The notes beneath the pieces are model-generated. The model did not search any database and had not been told where the DNA came from. It saw only the letters and a program-made list of their open reading frames with translations. DNA of 47,258 bases, from assembly GCA_037133055.1 (NCBI GenBank), contig JBAXOY010000006.1, forward strand, positions 1 through 47,258. The letters are read 5' to 3'. Position 1 is the first letter of the stretch. The number at the start of each line of letters is the position of its first letter. Below are positions 17,663-26,952 of this stretch, piece by piece. This DNA is from Chlamydiota bacterium (GTDB taxonomy: Bacteria; Auribacterota; Tritonobacteria; UBA1439). The position numbers and the translations under genes were made by a program.

Positions 17663-17763
17663 GGGAGTCCTTCATGTGCACCCGCACACTATTACTCCTA
17701 GCACACCAGACCCCCTCATGCAATACCGAGTGCCGAAGTAACCTCTCAGTTCGGATGGATCCC

Positions 17764-18456
17764 TCACGCGGGCTTCAGCATGAACTCCTTCACCGCGAGC
17801 TTCGCGAGGTCGGCGGTGCTGCCCAGGCCCAGTTTCATGAGGATGTTTCTCCGGTGTGTCTTCACCGTCTCGGGGCTGATGGCGAGCCGTTTCGCGATGT
17901 CGCTCCTCCCCGCCCCCTCGGAGATCATGCTCAGGATCAGCTTCTCCTTCTTCGTCAGCTTCTTCCACCCCTCGATCACCCTGGCCGGATGCGCCGACAG
18001 GATCACCTCCGCCACCACGTCCGAGAGCATCGGGCTCAGGTACCGCCTCCCCGCCGCCACCGAGTCCATCGCGCATATAAGCTCGTCCGCCGCCCCGTCC
18101 TTCAGCAGGTACCCCGAGACCCCCTGCCGGACCGCCTCCGCCACGTACTCACGGTCCGCGTACATAGAGAGGATGATGACCTTCACCTTCGGCAGCGTCT
18201 CCCGGATGTGCCGGCAGGCGTTCAGCCCGTTCAGCCTCGGCAGGGCGATGTCCATCACCAGGATGTCCGGCCGCAGCTTCTTCGCCAGCTCGATCGCCTC
18301 AACCCCGTCCCGCGCCTCCCCCACCACCGTGTACCCCGCGCACTCCCCGATCAGGTCCCGCACGCCCTTCCGCATCAGGGCATGGTCGTCCGCCAGCAGC
18401 ACCCTCTTCACCCGGGCCGCTTTTTTCCGCGTCGGGCCCGCTCTTCCCGGTCTCAT
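17764..18456 (-). CDS. NarL/FixJ-family response regulator (REC + LuxR HTH)
   Basis: LLADDH, MDI, LSMY, YLLKD, ISPETVKTHRRNILMKL; ATGA overlap with the kinase. Confidence 0.93.
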   Translation of the reverse strand: MRPGRAGPTRKKAARVKRVLLADDHALMRKGVRDLIGECAGYTVVGEARDGVEAIELAKKLRPDILVMDIALPRLNGLNACRHIRETLPKVKVIILSMYADREYVAEAVRQGVSGYLLKDGAADELICAMDSVAAGRRYLSPMLSDVVAEVILSAHPARVIEGWKKLTKKEKLILSMISEGAGRSDIAKRLAISPETVKTHRRNILMKLGLGSTADLAKLAVKEFMLKPA

Positions 18457-20339
18457 GATCTCATCCCCCTTTGTCGAGTGCGCCGTATGCCCGCGGGGGC
18501 GGGCACGGTCGCCTCGATCTTTGTCCCCTCCCCCGGGCCGGACTTGACGGCGAATGTACCCCCCACCCCCTCGATCCTTTCCCGCATGCCGGTGAGCCCG
18601 AGACCCGTCATCCTGTTCGCGCGCAGGGGGGCGAACCCCTTGCCGTCGTCCGTCACCCGCAGCGCCAGCGCCCCCCCGCTCCCGCGGAGAGCAATGTCGA
18701 TCCGCCTGCACCCTGAATATTTCAGGGCGTTGCTGAGCGCCTCCTGCACGACGCGGTACAGGGCGATCTCGATCCTCGCGTCGATCTTCCCCCGGATACC
18801 CCGTGCGGCAAAGGTGATCTCCACCCCGCTCTTCCCGGCGAGCGACTTCACGAGCTGCGCCAGGGAGGGGACCAGGCCGAGGATGTCGAGGATGGGCGGC
18901 CGGAGCCGATGCGAGATGGTCCTTACGTCGTTCACCGCGGCGTCGATGAGGGAGATCGCGTCGGCGAATTCGCGCATTGCGGGGTGACCGGTCCGCCCGA
19001 ACTCCCGTTCGATCCGCTGCAAATAGAGCTTCGTGGCCGTGAGGCTCTGCCCCACCTGGTCATGGAGCTCGAGCGCGATGCGCCTGCGCTCCTCCTCCTG
19101 GAGGCCGATGAGCATCTTCGAAAAGCTCCTCAGGTTGTGTATCTCATCGGCCCTATTCCGGTCGCCCGCCTCGATCGCCACGTCCACGCTCCCGGTGATC
19201 CTCCCCTCCCCGTCCCTCACGGGATAGGCGCCGATCAGGTAGCTCCGTCCGCCCGCAGCGACGGACTCTCCCCATGACGGTTCACCCGTGCGCATCGCCA
19301 GGAGACAGGGACACTTCGCGCAGGGACGGCGGAGTCCGTGCAACAGCTCGTGACAGCGCCTCCCCAGGAGTTCCCGCGGCTTCATCCCCACCCGCCGCGC
19401 GGCGGCCCAGTTCGCCCAGACGATCCGCATCTGCCTGTCCTTGTAGGTGATCGCCTCCTCCACGCTGTCAAGGATGCGCGTTTTCTCTTCCTTGGACCGC
19501 GCGAGCTCGCTCGTCGCTTTCTTGATATCGGTGATGTCGCGGCAGGTGCCGACTATCCCGATCAACCTCCGCTTCGCATCACGCAGCAGTGTCGTCTGCA
19601 TCAGGGAAGGGAAGCAGGTGCCGTCGCGGCGCACGTGCGCGACCTCTCCCGAGAAATGCCCCCCGGCGTGTGTCCGCGCGAGCGCGGCCCGCACCACGGC
19701 CATCTGCGCCGGGGTGTGAAACACGGAAAGGTATTTCCCCACAAGGGATTGAACCGTGTACCCGTGCATGGCCGCGAAAGCCCGGTTGAGGTACAGCAGC
19801 CGTCCCGCGACATCGCTCACCGCGATCCCCTCGCTGCTCTGCTCCACGGCGGCGGAAAGCAGCCGGAGCTTTTCCCTGTTTCCCCTCTCTTCCGTGCTGT
19901 CGATGAACGCAACCTGGACGGCGCGCCTCCCATCGAAGCGTATCCGCCTCGACGACATCTCGATATCCTGAACCCTCCCATCCGCGCGGATCAGCCGGCA
20001 GGCAGAGCGCAGCGGGACCTTTTCCCCCGCGAGTCTCTTCTTCAGGCTCGACAGGACCCTGCCCCGGTCGTCCGGGTGTATCCGCGCCGCAATCTCCACG
20101 GGGGTAAGTTGGGTGAGTTTCCTGATGCTCATCCCGCTCATCCGCGCGGCGGCGCGATTGGCGAACACGATCCTCATCGGATCGCCCTGCAGGACTATGG
20201 TGCCTTCGACCGCCTGTGCGACGATGGCGCGGTATTTCGCCATGGAATCCAGAAGTCCTCCCTCAATGCGAGCCCGTTCGGCCGTATCGCCGCGAGAAAT
20301 GCGTATGCCCGGACATTGCCTCACCCCTCTGCGTTCCAT
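18453..20339 (-). CDS. Cytoplasmic PAS-domain sensor histidine kinase (HisKA_3)
   Basis: Three PAS domains, EEERRRIALELHDQVGQ, EALSNALKY, DDGKGF, GLGLTGMRER. Confidence 0.92.
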   Translation of the reverse strand: MERRGVRQCPGIRISRGDTAERARIEGGLLDSMAKYRAIVAQAVEGTIVLQGDPMRIVFANRAAARMSGMSIRKLTQLTPVEIAARIHPDDRGRVLSSLKKRLAGEKVPLRSACRLIRADGRVQDIEMSSRRIRFDGRRAVQVAFIDSTEERGNREKLRLLSAAVEQSSEGIAVSDVAGRLLYLNRAFAAMHGYTVQSLVGKYLSVFHTPAQMAVVRAALARTHAGGHFSGEVAHVRRDGTCFPSLMQTTLLRDAKRRLIGIVGTCRDITDIKKATSELARSKEEKTRILDSVEEAITYKDRQMRIVWANWAAARRVGMKPRELLGRRCHELLHGLRRPCAKCPCLLAMRTGEPSWGESVAAGGRSYLIGAYPVRDGEGRITGSVDVAIEAGDRNRADEIHNLRSFSKMLIGLQEEERRRIALELHDQVGQSLTATKLYLQRIEREFGRTGHPAMREFADAISLIDAAVNDVRTISHRLRPPILDILGLVPSLAQLVKSLAGKSGVEITFAARGIRGKIDARIEIALYRVVQEALSNALKYSGCRRIDIALRGSGGALALRVTDDGKGFAPLRANRMTGLGLTGMRERIEGVGGTFAVKSGPGEGTKIEATVPAPAGIRRTRQRGMRS

Positions 20340-20528
20340 ACCTTATCCCCGTCGTGCCGACCACACATAATAAAAGCGCGTCCGCTCATCGGCGCGCGTC
20401 TTACAATCGTTCCGCCCGAGGAAACCCTGTCACGCTCTTCCTAGCCCCTCCGCCGGTGAGAATTGTCGCATAGTACCGGCGATCGCAGTCAAATATTTTG
20501 CGGAATGTCTCACGTGCGGTGGGTGGTT

Positions 20529-20560
20529 ACCCCCCCTACCCCCCCAAGGGGGGAGGGGAA
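20529..20560. repeat. REP-like GC palindrome (family of 4304 and 39313)
   Basis: CCCCCCTACCCCCCCAAGGGGGGAGGGGAA. Confidence 0.55.
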
Positions 20561-20619
20561 AAAGGGGAAGACGGCTCTCGATGCGGGGAATGCTTTATGC
20601 CTCCGGCGACACGAAGAGG

Positions 20620-20692
20620 AACCGCTAATGGACGCGAATGAACGCGGATTGATGGGAGGGTTATTCGCGTCTATCGGCGTGCATCCACGGTT
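20620..20692. repeat. Degenerate minimal copy of the 9-10-bp-period inverted-repeat element
   Basis: AACCGCTAATGGACGCGAATGAACGCGGAT...ATTCGCGTCTATCGGCGTGCATCCACGGTT. Confidence 0.6.
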
Positions 20693-20776
20693 GGAATCAA
20701 GCGGCGACGGGGACCCGCAGCCCTCCAAAATGTGTTGCGCGGGCAGTGGAGGGCTGTCGGCTCGACCGCCGGGCAC

Positions 20777-20819
20777 AAAAAGGGCAGCTCGTCTGTGGTT
20801 TCACAGCGAGCTGCCCTTT
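20777..20819 (-). terminator. Intrinsic terminator after the comEA-like gene
   Basis: AAAGGGCAGCTCG/CGAGCTGCCCTTT stem followed by a T-tract on the minus strand. Confidence 0.75.
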
Positions 20820-20842
20820 CGCTTCAGCGCTGCGGGCTTTCG

Positions 20843-21142
20843 TCAGAGGTTCTTCTCAGCCAGTTGCCCTACAGTCACCTCGTCCCTCAGCCCTTCCAGG
20901 CGCCTCTCACCGATACCGGGAATGTCCCTGAGCTCGGCCACGTTTTCAAACGTGCCTACCTCCCTCCGGTATTTGATGATCCGCTCGGCGATGTCACTGC
21001 CGATGCCCGGAAGGCTCAGCAGCCTGCGCTTCGAGGCGGTGTTTATATTCACCTTCCCCGCGGCATACACCGGCGTCCCGACCATCGCGGTCAGAGCAAC
21101 GAGTGCAACCAGAACTACCATTACTATCCTTTTCATGTCCAT
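20843..21142 (-). CDS. comEA: ComEA-like helix-hairpin-helix DNA-binding protein with signal peptide
   Basis: KVNINTAS...LPGIG..IAERII.YR...F....L..IPGIG; RBS GAAAGGAG. Confidence 0.88.
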   Translation of the reverse strand: MDMKRIVMVVLVALVALTAMVGTPVYAAGKVNINTASKRRLLSLPGIGSDIAERIIKYRREVGTFENVAELRDIPGIGERRLEGLRDEVTVGQLAEKNL

Positions 21143-21198
21143 CTCCTTTCTAGAGAAGTAGACTTATCAGACGAACTGTCTGAATCATAGGTAGACTA

Positions 21199-21215
21199 AG
21201 CATTATACGTGCCAA
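21199..21215 (-). promoter_or_regulatory. Sigma54 -24/-12 promoter of the comEA-like gene
   Basis: TTGGCACG-TATA-ATGCT versus consensus TGGCACG-N4-TTGC(A/T); divergent from an enhancer-binding protein gene. Confidence 0.8.
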
Positions 21216-21387
21216 TATACACATTGCTTTAAGTATTTGATCTACCCATTCTCTTGCAATGCATTACATACACATACTTGAAATTATGAATCATCGGGCC
21301 GGACACAAAGCGATGGACTATATAATATTATGATATATTACTATGCTGCTTATGGTATATACATTTCCGGAATATGTGTGCTCGGTA

Positions 21388-21415
21388 TTGACTTCTTTTA
21401 CCCATTTCGTATAAT
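21388..21415 (+). promoter_or_regulatory. Sigma70 promoter of the enhancer-binding protein gene
   Basis: TTGACT-16bp-TATAAT in an AT-rich intergenic region. Confidence 0.6.
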
Positions 21416-21479
21416 GATTGCATCATATGGCGACAGATTTGGCTTTCATGGACTCAACTGATTCGGAAAGAAGAAGACT

Positions 21480-22985
21480 ATGACTCCCGAGATGAAGCAA
21501 CAATATGTGGTAAACAAGCTCTTCTCCCTCCTTCAGGCCGCGCAGGAGGTTTCCTCCACCAGGGACAAGACCAAGCTCCTGGAGGCGATTGTCTGTTCCG
21601 CGACCAAGGTGGTCGAATGCAGGAACTCGTGCCTGATGCTGCTCCGCCCTGAATCCGAGGAGCTCGTGGCATACGTCGTGGTCGGCGCCGACAAAGATCA
21701 TATGCAGGAGGTCCGGTTCAAGGTCGGCGAGGGCATCGCGGGATGGGTCGCGAAGCACGGCGAGCCCGTGCTGTCGAACGACGTCCAGCACGACCCCCGC
21801 TACTCGCACAAGCTCGACCAGATCACGGACATTCCCCTCCAGTCCATCCTCTGCCTCCCGCTCTCGTCGAAAGGCAAGGTGCTCGGGGTTCTCAACATCA
21901 TCAACAAGCCCGAGGGCGGGCGGTTCACCGAGGAGGATCTCCACCTCGCCCAGGCGTTCGCGGGGCAGGTTTCCATCGCGATAGAGAACGCGAACCTCTA
22001 CGACGCCATGTCCAAGGAGAACAAAATCCTCCGCGAGCAGCTCGACATGGCCCCGCGGCTTCTCAAGAGCTTCTCGCCCGCGATGAGGGCCGTCATCGAG
22101 ATGGCGCAGCGTTCCGCGGAGAGCGACGCCACCGTGCTCCTCCTCGGAGAGAGCGGAACCGGCAAGGAGGTCGTCGCGCGGGCCATCCACACCTGGAGCG
22201 ACCGCACCAGCCGCGCCTTCGTGGCATTAAACTGCGCCGCGCTCCCCGAGCAGCTTCTCGAAAGCGAAATCTTCGGCCATGAGCAGGGGGCGTTCACGGG
22301 GGCGCTCCGGATGAAAGAGGGGAAGGTAGAGCTCGCGAACGGCGGGACCCTCTTCCTCGACGAGATCGGCGAGATGAAGCTCGACCTCCAGACGAAGTTC
22401 CTCCGCATCCTGCAGGATCACCAGTTCGAGCGGGTCGGGGGCAACCAGACCATAAGCTCGGACATCCGCATCATCGCCGCGACGAACAAGGACCTCCGCG
22501 AGGAGGTGCAGCGCGGCGCGTTCAGGGAGGACCTCTTCTTCCGGCTGAACGTCATCACCCTGACCATCCCGCCGCTCCGGGGGCGCAAGGAGGACATCAT
22601 CTACATCGCCAACCAGTTCATCGAGCGCTACTGCGCGGAGGAGGGGCGGCCGGTGCCCTCAATCACCGCCGCCGCGAAAAAGGAGCTCCTCGACTACGAG
22701 TGGCCCGGCAACGTACGGGAGCTCGAGAACGTGCTCGAGCGCGCCATCGTGCTCGGCGCCAAGGAGACGATCGGCACGGACAACCTCCTGCTCGACATCT
22801 CCCTCATCCCATCGAGGCAGATCGAGATCGACCGGCCGTACCGCGACCTCGTCAAGGAGTTCAAGAAAAGCCTTATCGCCGAGGCGCTCCGCGAGTGCGG
22901 CGGCAGCCAGTCGCGCGCCGCGGTGAAGCTCGGCGTCACGCAGCCGTACCTCTCCAAGCTCACGAAGGACCTCGGGCTCAGGTAA
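21480..22985 (+). CDS. GAF-domain sigma54-dependent transcriptional activator (NifA/FhlA-like)
   Basis: GAF domain, GESGTGKE Walker [21 protein letters not shown], Fis-type HTH. Confidence 0.95.
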   Translation: MTPEMKQQYVVNKLFSLLQAAQEVSSTRDKTKLLEAIVCSATKVVECRNSCLMLLRPESEELVAYVVVGADKDHMQEVRFKVGEGIAGWVAKHGEPVLSNDVQHDPRYSHKLDQITDIPLQSILCLPLSSKGKVLGVLNIINKPEGGRFTEEDLHLAQAFAGQVSIAIENANLYDAMSKENKILREQLDMAPRLLKSFSPAMRAVIEMAQRSAESDATVLLLGESGTGKEVVARAIHTWSDRTSRAFVALNCAALPEQLLESEIFGHEQGAFTGALRMKEGKVELANGGTLFLDEIGEMKLDLQTKFLRILQDHQFERVGGNQTISSDIRIIAATNKDLREEVQRGAFREDLFFRLNVITLTIPPLRGRKEDIIYIANQFIERYCAEEGRPVPSITAAAKKELLDYEWPGNVRELENVLERAIVLGAKETIGTDNLLLDISLIPSRQIEIDRPYRDLVKEFKKSLIAEALRECGGSQSRAAVKLGVTQPYLSKLTKDLGLR

Positions 22986-23106
22986 CACGCGCGCGCGTGT
23001 CCGGCACGCGAGGGGAACGGCGCCTTTGAACGGCGCGCCTGAAGATGCTATCCTTTCCCGTGTCCCGGCTGCGCGTTCAGGCCCGGGCAGTTAGAAAGGG
23101 GATACC

Positions 23107-25140
23107 ATGACCTCTCACACCCGTGCGGCGCTGCGCCGCAGACTGGGAGTCCTCATCCCGGCGCTTTTCCTGTCATTCCCCTGCGCCCCCTCACCCGCGC
23201 AGGTTTTCCCTGCGCCGGAAATCCACAAAGCGGAGCCGTTCACCGGCAGCGCCATAACCAACTGGGACTACGACCACGACGGAGACCACGCGACCGACTT
23301 CAGGAAGCAGGACCTCGACGGCGACGGCGTGGTCGACCGCTACCTCAAGGATCGCGATGCGAACGGATCGTTCGACCTGATTGTGCCGAAAGCCCCGCGC
23401 GAGGGGCGGACGCAGAGGCACCTGATCATCTGCGTGGACTCCGTCCCGTTTTCCGTCATGGAGGGGCTGTGGAGGACGGGGCACTTCAGGGACTTCCACC
23501 CGCCGGGCCGCGTCATCTCAAGCTTCCCATCGGACACCAACCCCGCCTTTGCGGAGATCTTCGGCATGGCGAAATCCCCGGGGATGGAAGACCGGTACTA
23601 CGACCGCGCCCTGAACAGGATCGTCGGGGGGAAATGGGACCACATGGTGCGGCGCGACGGCCGCGCCGACGGGACCTTTCACGCCGCCTTCGACTACGAG
23701 GAACACCCCCGCTACGGCGCCCTGATGTACCTCGCCCCCTCCATGGTCTCCGACCACGACCTGGCCCGCTGCCGGACCGTGTTCTGGCGCCTCTACCGGG
23801 AAAAGCCCGCCGACCAGCCGATCTTCCTCTACATCGGCTCGACGGACGCGATCAGCCACCGGGAGGGGCTCGCGGGGCTTGTCCGCCAGCTTCTCAGGGT
23901 CGAGGGGATTATCGACGAGATCGTCTTTCACGCCGGGGGAGACATCCGCATAAGCCTCTTCTCGGACCACGGCAACAACCTCGCGTACAGTGGACCGATG
24001 ATCGACCTGGGGGGACATTTGGCCCGCAAGGGGTTCAGGCCCGCAGCGGCGCTGAAGGGCCCGCGCGATGTCGTCGTCCCGCGCTTCGGGCAGGTGGGCG
24101 ACGCCTGCATCTACACCCGCGAGGAGAACCGCGAGGCGGTCGCGGAGGCGCTTGCGACGCTCAAGGGGGTGGGTTTCTCGGTGTATGTAAAGGATGCGGC
24201 ATGCGTTGTCGAGGGGCCGCTCGGCAAGGCGAAGATCACCCGTGACGGCGGGCGCTATCGCTACGAGATGGTCTCCGGAGACCCGCTCAAACTCGGCGAG
24301 ATCATCGCGGGGATGAGACTCGACGGGAAAATCGATGCGGAAGGGTACGGGGACGACGCGGCCTGGTTCGCGGCGACGCGCGCGCACGTCTACCCCGACA
24401 TCCTGCGGCGTCTCGCGGCCGCCGTGACGGACCACGTCGTCAACCGGCCCGATGTCCTCGTCAGCCTCGAAGAGGGTTACCGCTACGGGGGCGGCTTCTT
24501 CGCGAAGATGATGGCGCTTCATGGCGCCCACGGGAGCGCGGCCGGGACGCAGACGATCGGGATGGCGATGAGCACCGACCGCGCGGTTCCGGCGTTCATC
24601 CGGGCGGCGGATGTGATGGAGGCGCTGGGAGAGGCAAAGCCCGGCAGCAGGGCCGCGGCGCAGATGTCTCCTACGTCGACACCTTCGGCTACGCCTGCGG
24701 CCCCTGCGACGGCCACGCCCACACCCGCGAACACGGCGACACCGGCCCCGACCTCGCCGCCCCCTTCACCGACGCCGACCGGGACCGCCACCGGGCTCCC
24801 GACCGCCACGCCAAGCGCGAAACCCACCGGGACACCGGCGCCCACAATCACACCGGCCGCCCGGATCTCTCCCCCGTCGACGCCTCCGGCTTCGACCCAC
24901 GCGCCGATTCTGACCCCCGCTCCACCCGTGAAGCCGGGCGGGAATTCGAATGCTCCCGCTCCGCCCGCCGACAAGGCCCCGGGTCTTGCCGGGCCTGCGC
25001 CGCCGGCGCCTTCACCGGGGCCGGCCAGGACGCGGAGGCCCATGATACGGGCGCTGCGCCGGACGCCGCTGCCGAGGAGGTCCCCTCCGCCGGCCCGGAC
25101 TCCGCTTCCCGGCGCCGGCAATCAGCCCGCGCCCCGCTGA
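23107..25140 (+). CDS. Exported alkaline-phosphatase-superfamily (NPP-like) protein with Ca-binding-like motifs and a Pro/Thr-rich tail
   Basis: Signal peptide; DxDxDG x3; ICVDSV, FPSDTNP (nucleophile Thr), TDAISH, SDHG, HG. Confidence 0.7.
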   Translation: MTSHTRAALRRRLGVLIPALFLSFPCAPSPAQVFPAPEIHKAEPFTGSAITNWDYDHDGDHATDFRKQDLDGDGVVDRYLKDRDANGSFDLIVPKAPREGRTQRHLIICVDSVPFSVMEGLWRTGHFRDFHPPGRVISSFPSDTNPAFAEIFGMAKSPGMEDRYYDRALNRIVGGKWDHMVRRDGRADGTFHAAFDYEEHPRYGALMYLAPSMVSDHDLARCRTVFWRLYREKPADQPIFLYIGSTDAISHREGLAGLVRQLLRVEGIIDEIVFHAGGDIRISLFSDHGNNLAYSGPMIDLGGHLARKGFRPAAALKGPRDVVVPRFGQVGDACIYTREENREAVAEALATLKGVGFSVYVKDAACVVEGPLGKAKITRDGGRYRYEMVSGDPLKLGEIIAGMRLDGKIDAEGYGDDAAWFAATRAHVYPDILRRLAAAVTDHVVNRPDVLVSLEEGYRYGGGFFAKMMALHGAHGSAAGTQTIGMAMSTDRAVPAFIRAADVMEALGEAKPGSRAAAQMSPTSTPSATPAAPATATPTPANTATPAPTSPPPSPTPTGTATGLPTATPSAKPTGTPAPTITPAARISPPSTPPASTHAPILTPAPPVKPGGNSNAPAPPADKAPGLAGPAPPAPSPGPARTRRPMIRALRRTPLPRRSPPPARTPLPGAGNQPAPR

Positions 25141-25206
25141 GCTGTGCGAGTTCGACGGGTCGGGCCTGTCCGACGCATCCGGCTGGTCTGACACGCGGGG
25201 AGGCGT

Positions 25207-26733
25207 TCAGCGGGGAATGAGACGCGGGGGGGCGAGCCCCTCCGCGGAGACGGGCGAGCGCGCGCGGAGGTGCTCCGCGAACGCGTCCCGGTCGAGGATG
25301 CCGGTATTGGTCACCTCGCGCCCCTCGAGAAAGGTCGCGTAGGAGTCCCCCCCCTGGGAGAGGTACGAGCTGGTCGCCACCGTGTACGTCCCCCGCGGGT
25401 GGAGCTCCCTGCCGCCGCACAAGACGGATCTGACCCTCGCCCCCGGCGCGGCCTTCGGGTCATACTCCACCCTGAGGCCCGAGAGCTGAAGGATGCCGTC
25501 CTTCAGCGCCAGGCTCTGCTCCAGTATTTTCAGGACCTGCGCGCCGGTGAGCGTCATGGTGTACAGGGTGTTGTCGAACGGCATGATCTTGTAGATGTCC
25601 CGGACGGTGACGGGCCCCTTGAGGAGGGGGTTGCGGATCCCGTAGTTGTTGTGGAACGCGATCTCCGCCCCGGTCGCGGCCCGCATGCTGTCCGTGATCA
25701 GATCGCCGAGGGTTCCCTCGCCGATGTCGCTCCCGGCGAAATCGGAGAGCGAGGACCCGACCTGCTCGTCGAACTTCTCCCCGACCTTCGCGTCCCATTT
25801 CTCCAGCACCCCCTCCACCGCGGGGTCCGGCGCGCAGCGGTCCTTCTCGATCGGGATGACCTTGTAACGGTAGCGTGCGGCGCGGCCGCTCTGCGGGTCC
25901 ACCTCGCAGTCGATCCTGCCCAGGTACTGCCCCGAAGCGCCCGCCTGGACGACGAGCGTGCCGGTCGAGCGGACGCGCAGGGCCTTGCGCAGCAGCTCGT
26001 GGCCGTGCCCGCCGACGATGACCCCGATCCCCTCGACCTCCGCGGCGATCCTCCTGTCCTCCTCCGAGCCGCAGTGGCTGAGCAGGATGATGAAATCGAC
26101 GCCCCGGGCCTTCAGGTCGGCGACGCAGGCCCTGATGATCTCCTGCGGTTTCTCGAAGACGATCTTCTCGTTCCGCCCCGGCATCACGACCGCGGGCACC
26201 AGCTCCGTTATCACCCCGATGATCCCCACCTTGAGGCCTCCCAGTTCCTTTATAACGTAGGGGCGGAGGAACGCGGGCGGCGCCCTGCCGGGGGGAATGC
26301 GCACGTTCGCGCCGAGGATCGGGAACCGGGCGCTCGCCGCGAGCGCGTTGACCACATCGACTCCGAGATCGAACTCGTGGTTGCCGATCGTCATGGCGTC
26401 GTACCCGGCGGCGTTCATCACCTCCGTCACCGCGATGCCCTTCGACAGGTTCCCTTCCGGGGTGCCGAGAAAGATATCCCCCGCGTCGAGGAGCAGCGTC
26501 GGGACGCCCGCGGCGCGGTTCGAGGATCGGATTTCGCGCACGCATCCCGCGAGGACGGCGGCGCCGCCGGACGGTTTCTTCCACCCCTCGACCTTCTCCG
26601 CCGTGATGTGCCCGTGGACGTCGTTCGTGTGCAGGATGCAGAGGGGCTGAAGCGGGGCGCGGGGCGCGGAGGCGCAGCCGCAGAGGGCGATGAGGGACGC
26701 GAGAAGCCATGCGCGGACGAGCCGGGTCACCAT
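25207..26733 (-). CDS. 5'-nucleotidase/UDP-sugar hydrolase lipoprotein
   Basis: Lipobox LCGC; HTNDVHG, DAGD, GNHEFD, LSH, GGHGH, 5'-NT C-terminal domain. Confidence 0.93.
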   Translation of the reverse strand: MVTRLVRAWLLASLIALCGCASAPRAPLQPLCILHTNDVHGHITAEKVEGWKKPSGGAAVLAGCVREIRSSNRAAGVPTLLLDAGDIFLGTPEGNLSKGIAVTEVMNAAGYDAMTIGNHEFDLGVDVVNALAASARFPILGANVRIPPGRAPPAFLRPYVIKELGGLKVGIIGVITELVPAVVMPGRNEKIVFEKPQEIIRACVADLKARGVDFIILLSHCGSEEDRRIAAEVEGIGVIVGGHGHELLRKALRVRSTGTLVVQAGASGQYLGRIDCEVDPQSGRAARYRYKVIPIEKDRCAPDPAVEGVLEKWDAKVGEKFDEQVGSSLSDFAGSDIGEGTLGDLITDSMRAATGAEIAFHNNYGIRNPLLKGPVTVRDIYKIMPFDNTLYTMTLTGAQVLKILEQSLALKDGILQLSGLRVEYDPKAAPGARVRSVLCGGRELHPRGTYTVATSSYLSQGGDSYATFLEGREVTNTGILDRDAFAEHLRARSPVSAEGLAPPRLIPR

Positions 26734-26767
26734 ACGAGTATACCCTGCGAAGAATCAACAGTATTGT

Positions 26768-26928
26768 AGCCCGCAGATGAACGCTGATCGTCAGGATAGT
26801 CAGGATACAACTGCTTCTTTTTCTTCCGCCATGCAATTCAACGTATCACTTTCAACTTTTGATTCTTTGTATCTGCGTCCATCCTGACGATCAGCGTTCA
26901 TCTGCGTCCCAACATTGAAGCGTATAAC
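26768..26928. repeat. Minimal 161-bp copy of the 9-10-bp-period inverted-repeat element
   Basis: Left 42 bp equal 14308-14349 (1 mismatch); right 58 bp resemble 14741-14798 (7 mismatches); AT-rich loop. Confidence 0.88.
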
Positions 26929-26952
26929 TCCGACCATCGCCGTTACGGCGGT

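Noticed and set aside
21427..21483. 18-codon uORF overlapping the activator start (ATGA)
   Set aside because: No RBS or telling codon content; could be chance or a frameshifted N-terminus, and cannot be supported
26768..26928. Integron attC sites
   Set aside because: No consistent RYYYAAC…GTTRRRY boundaries, the flanking genes are housekeeping, and no integrase is present
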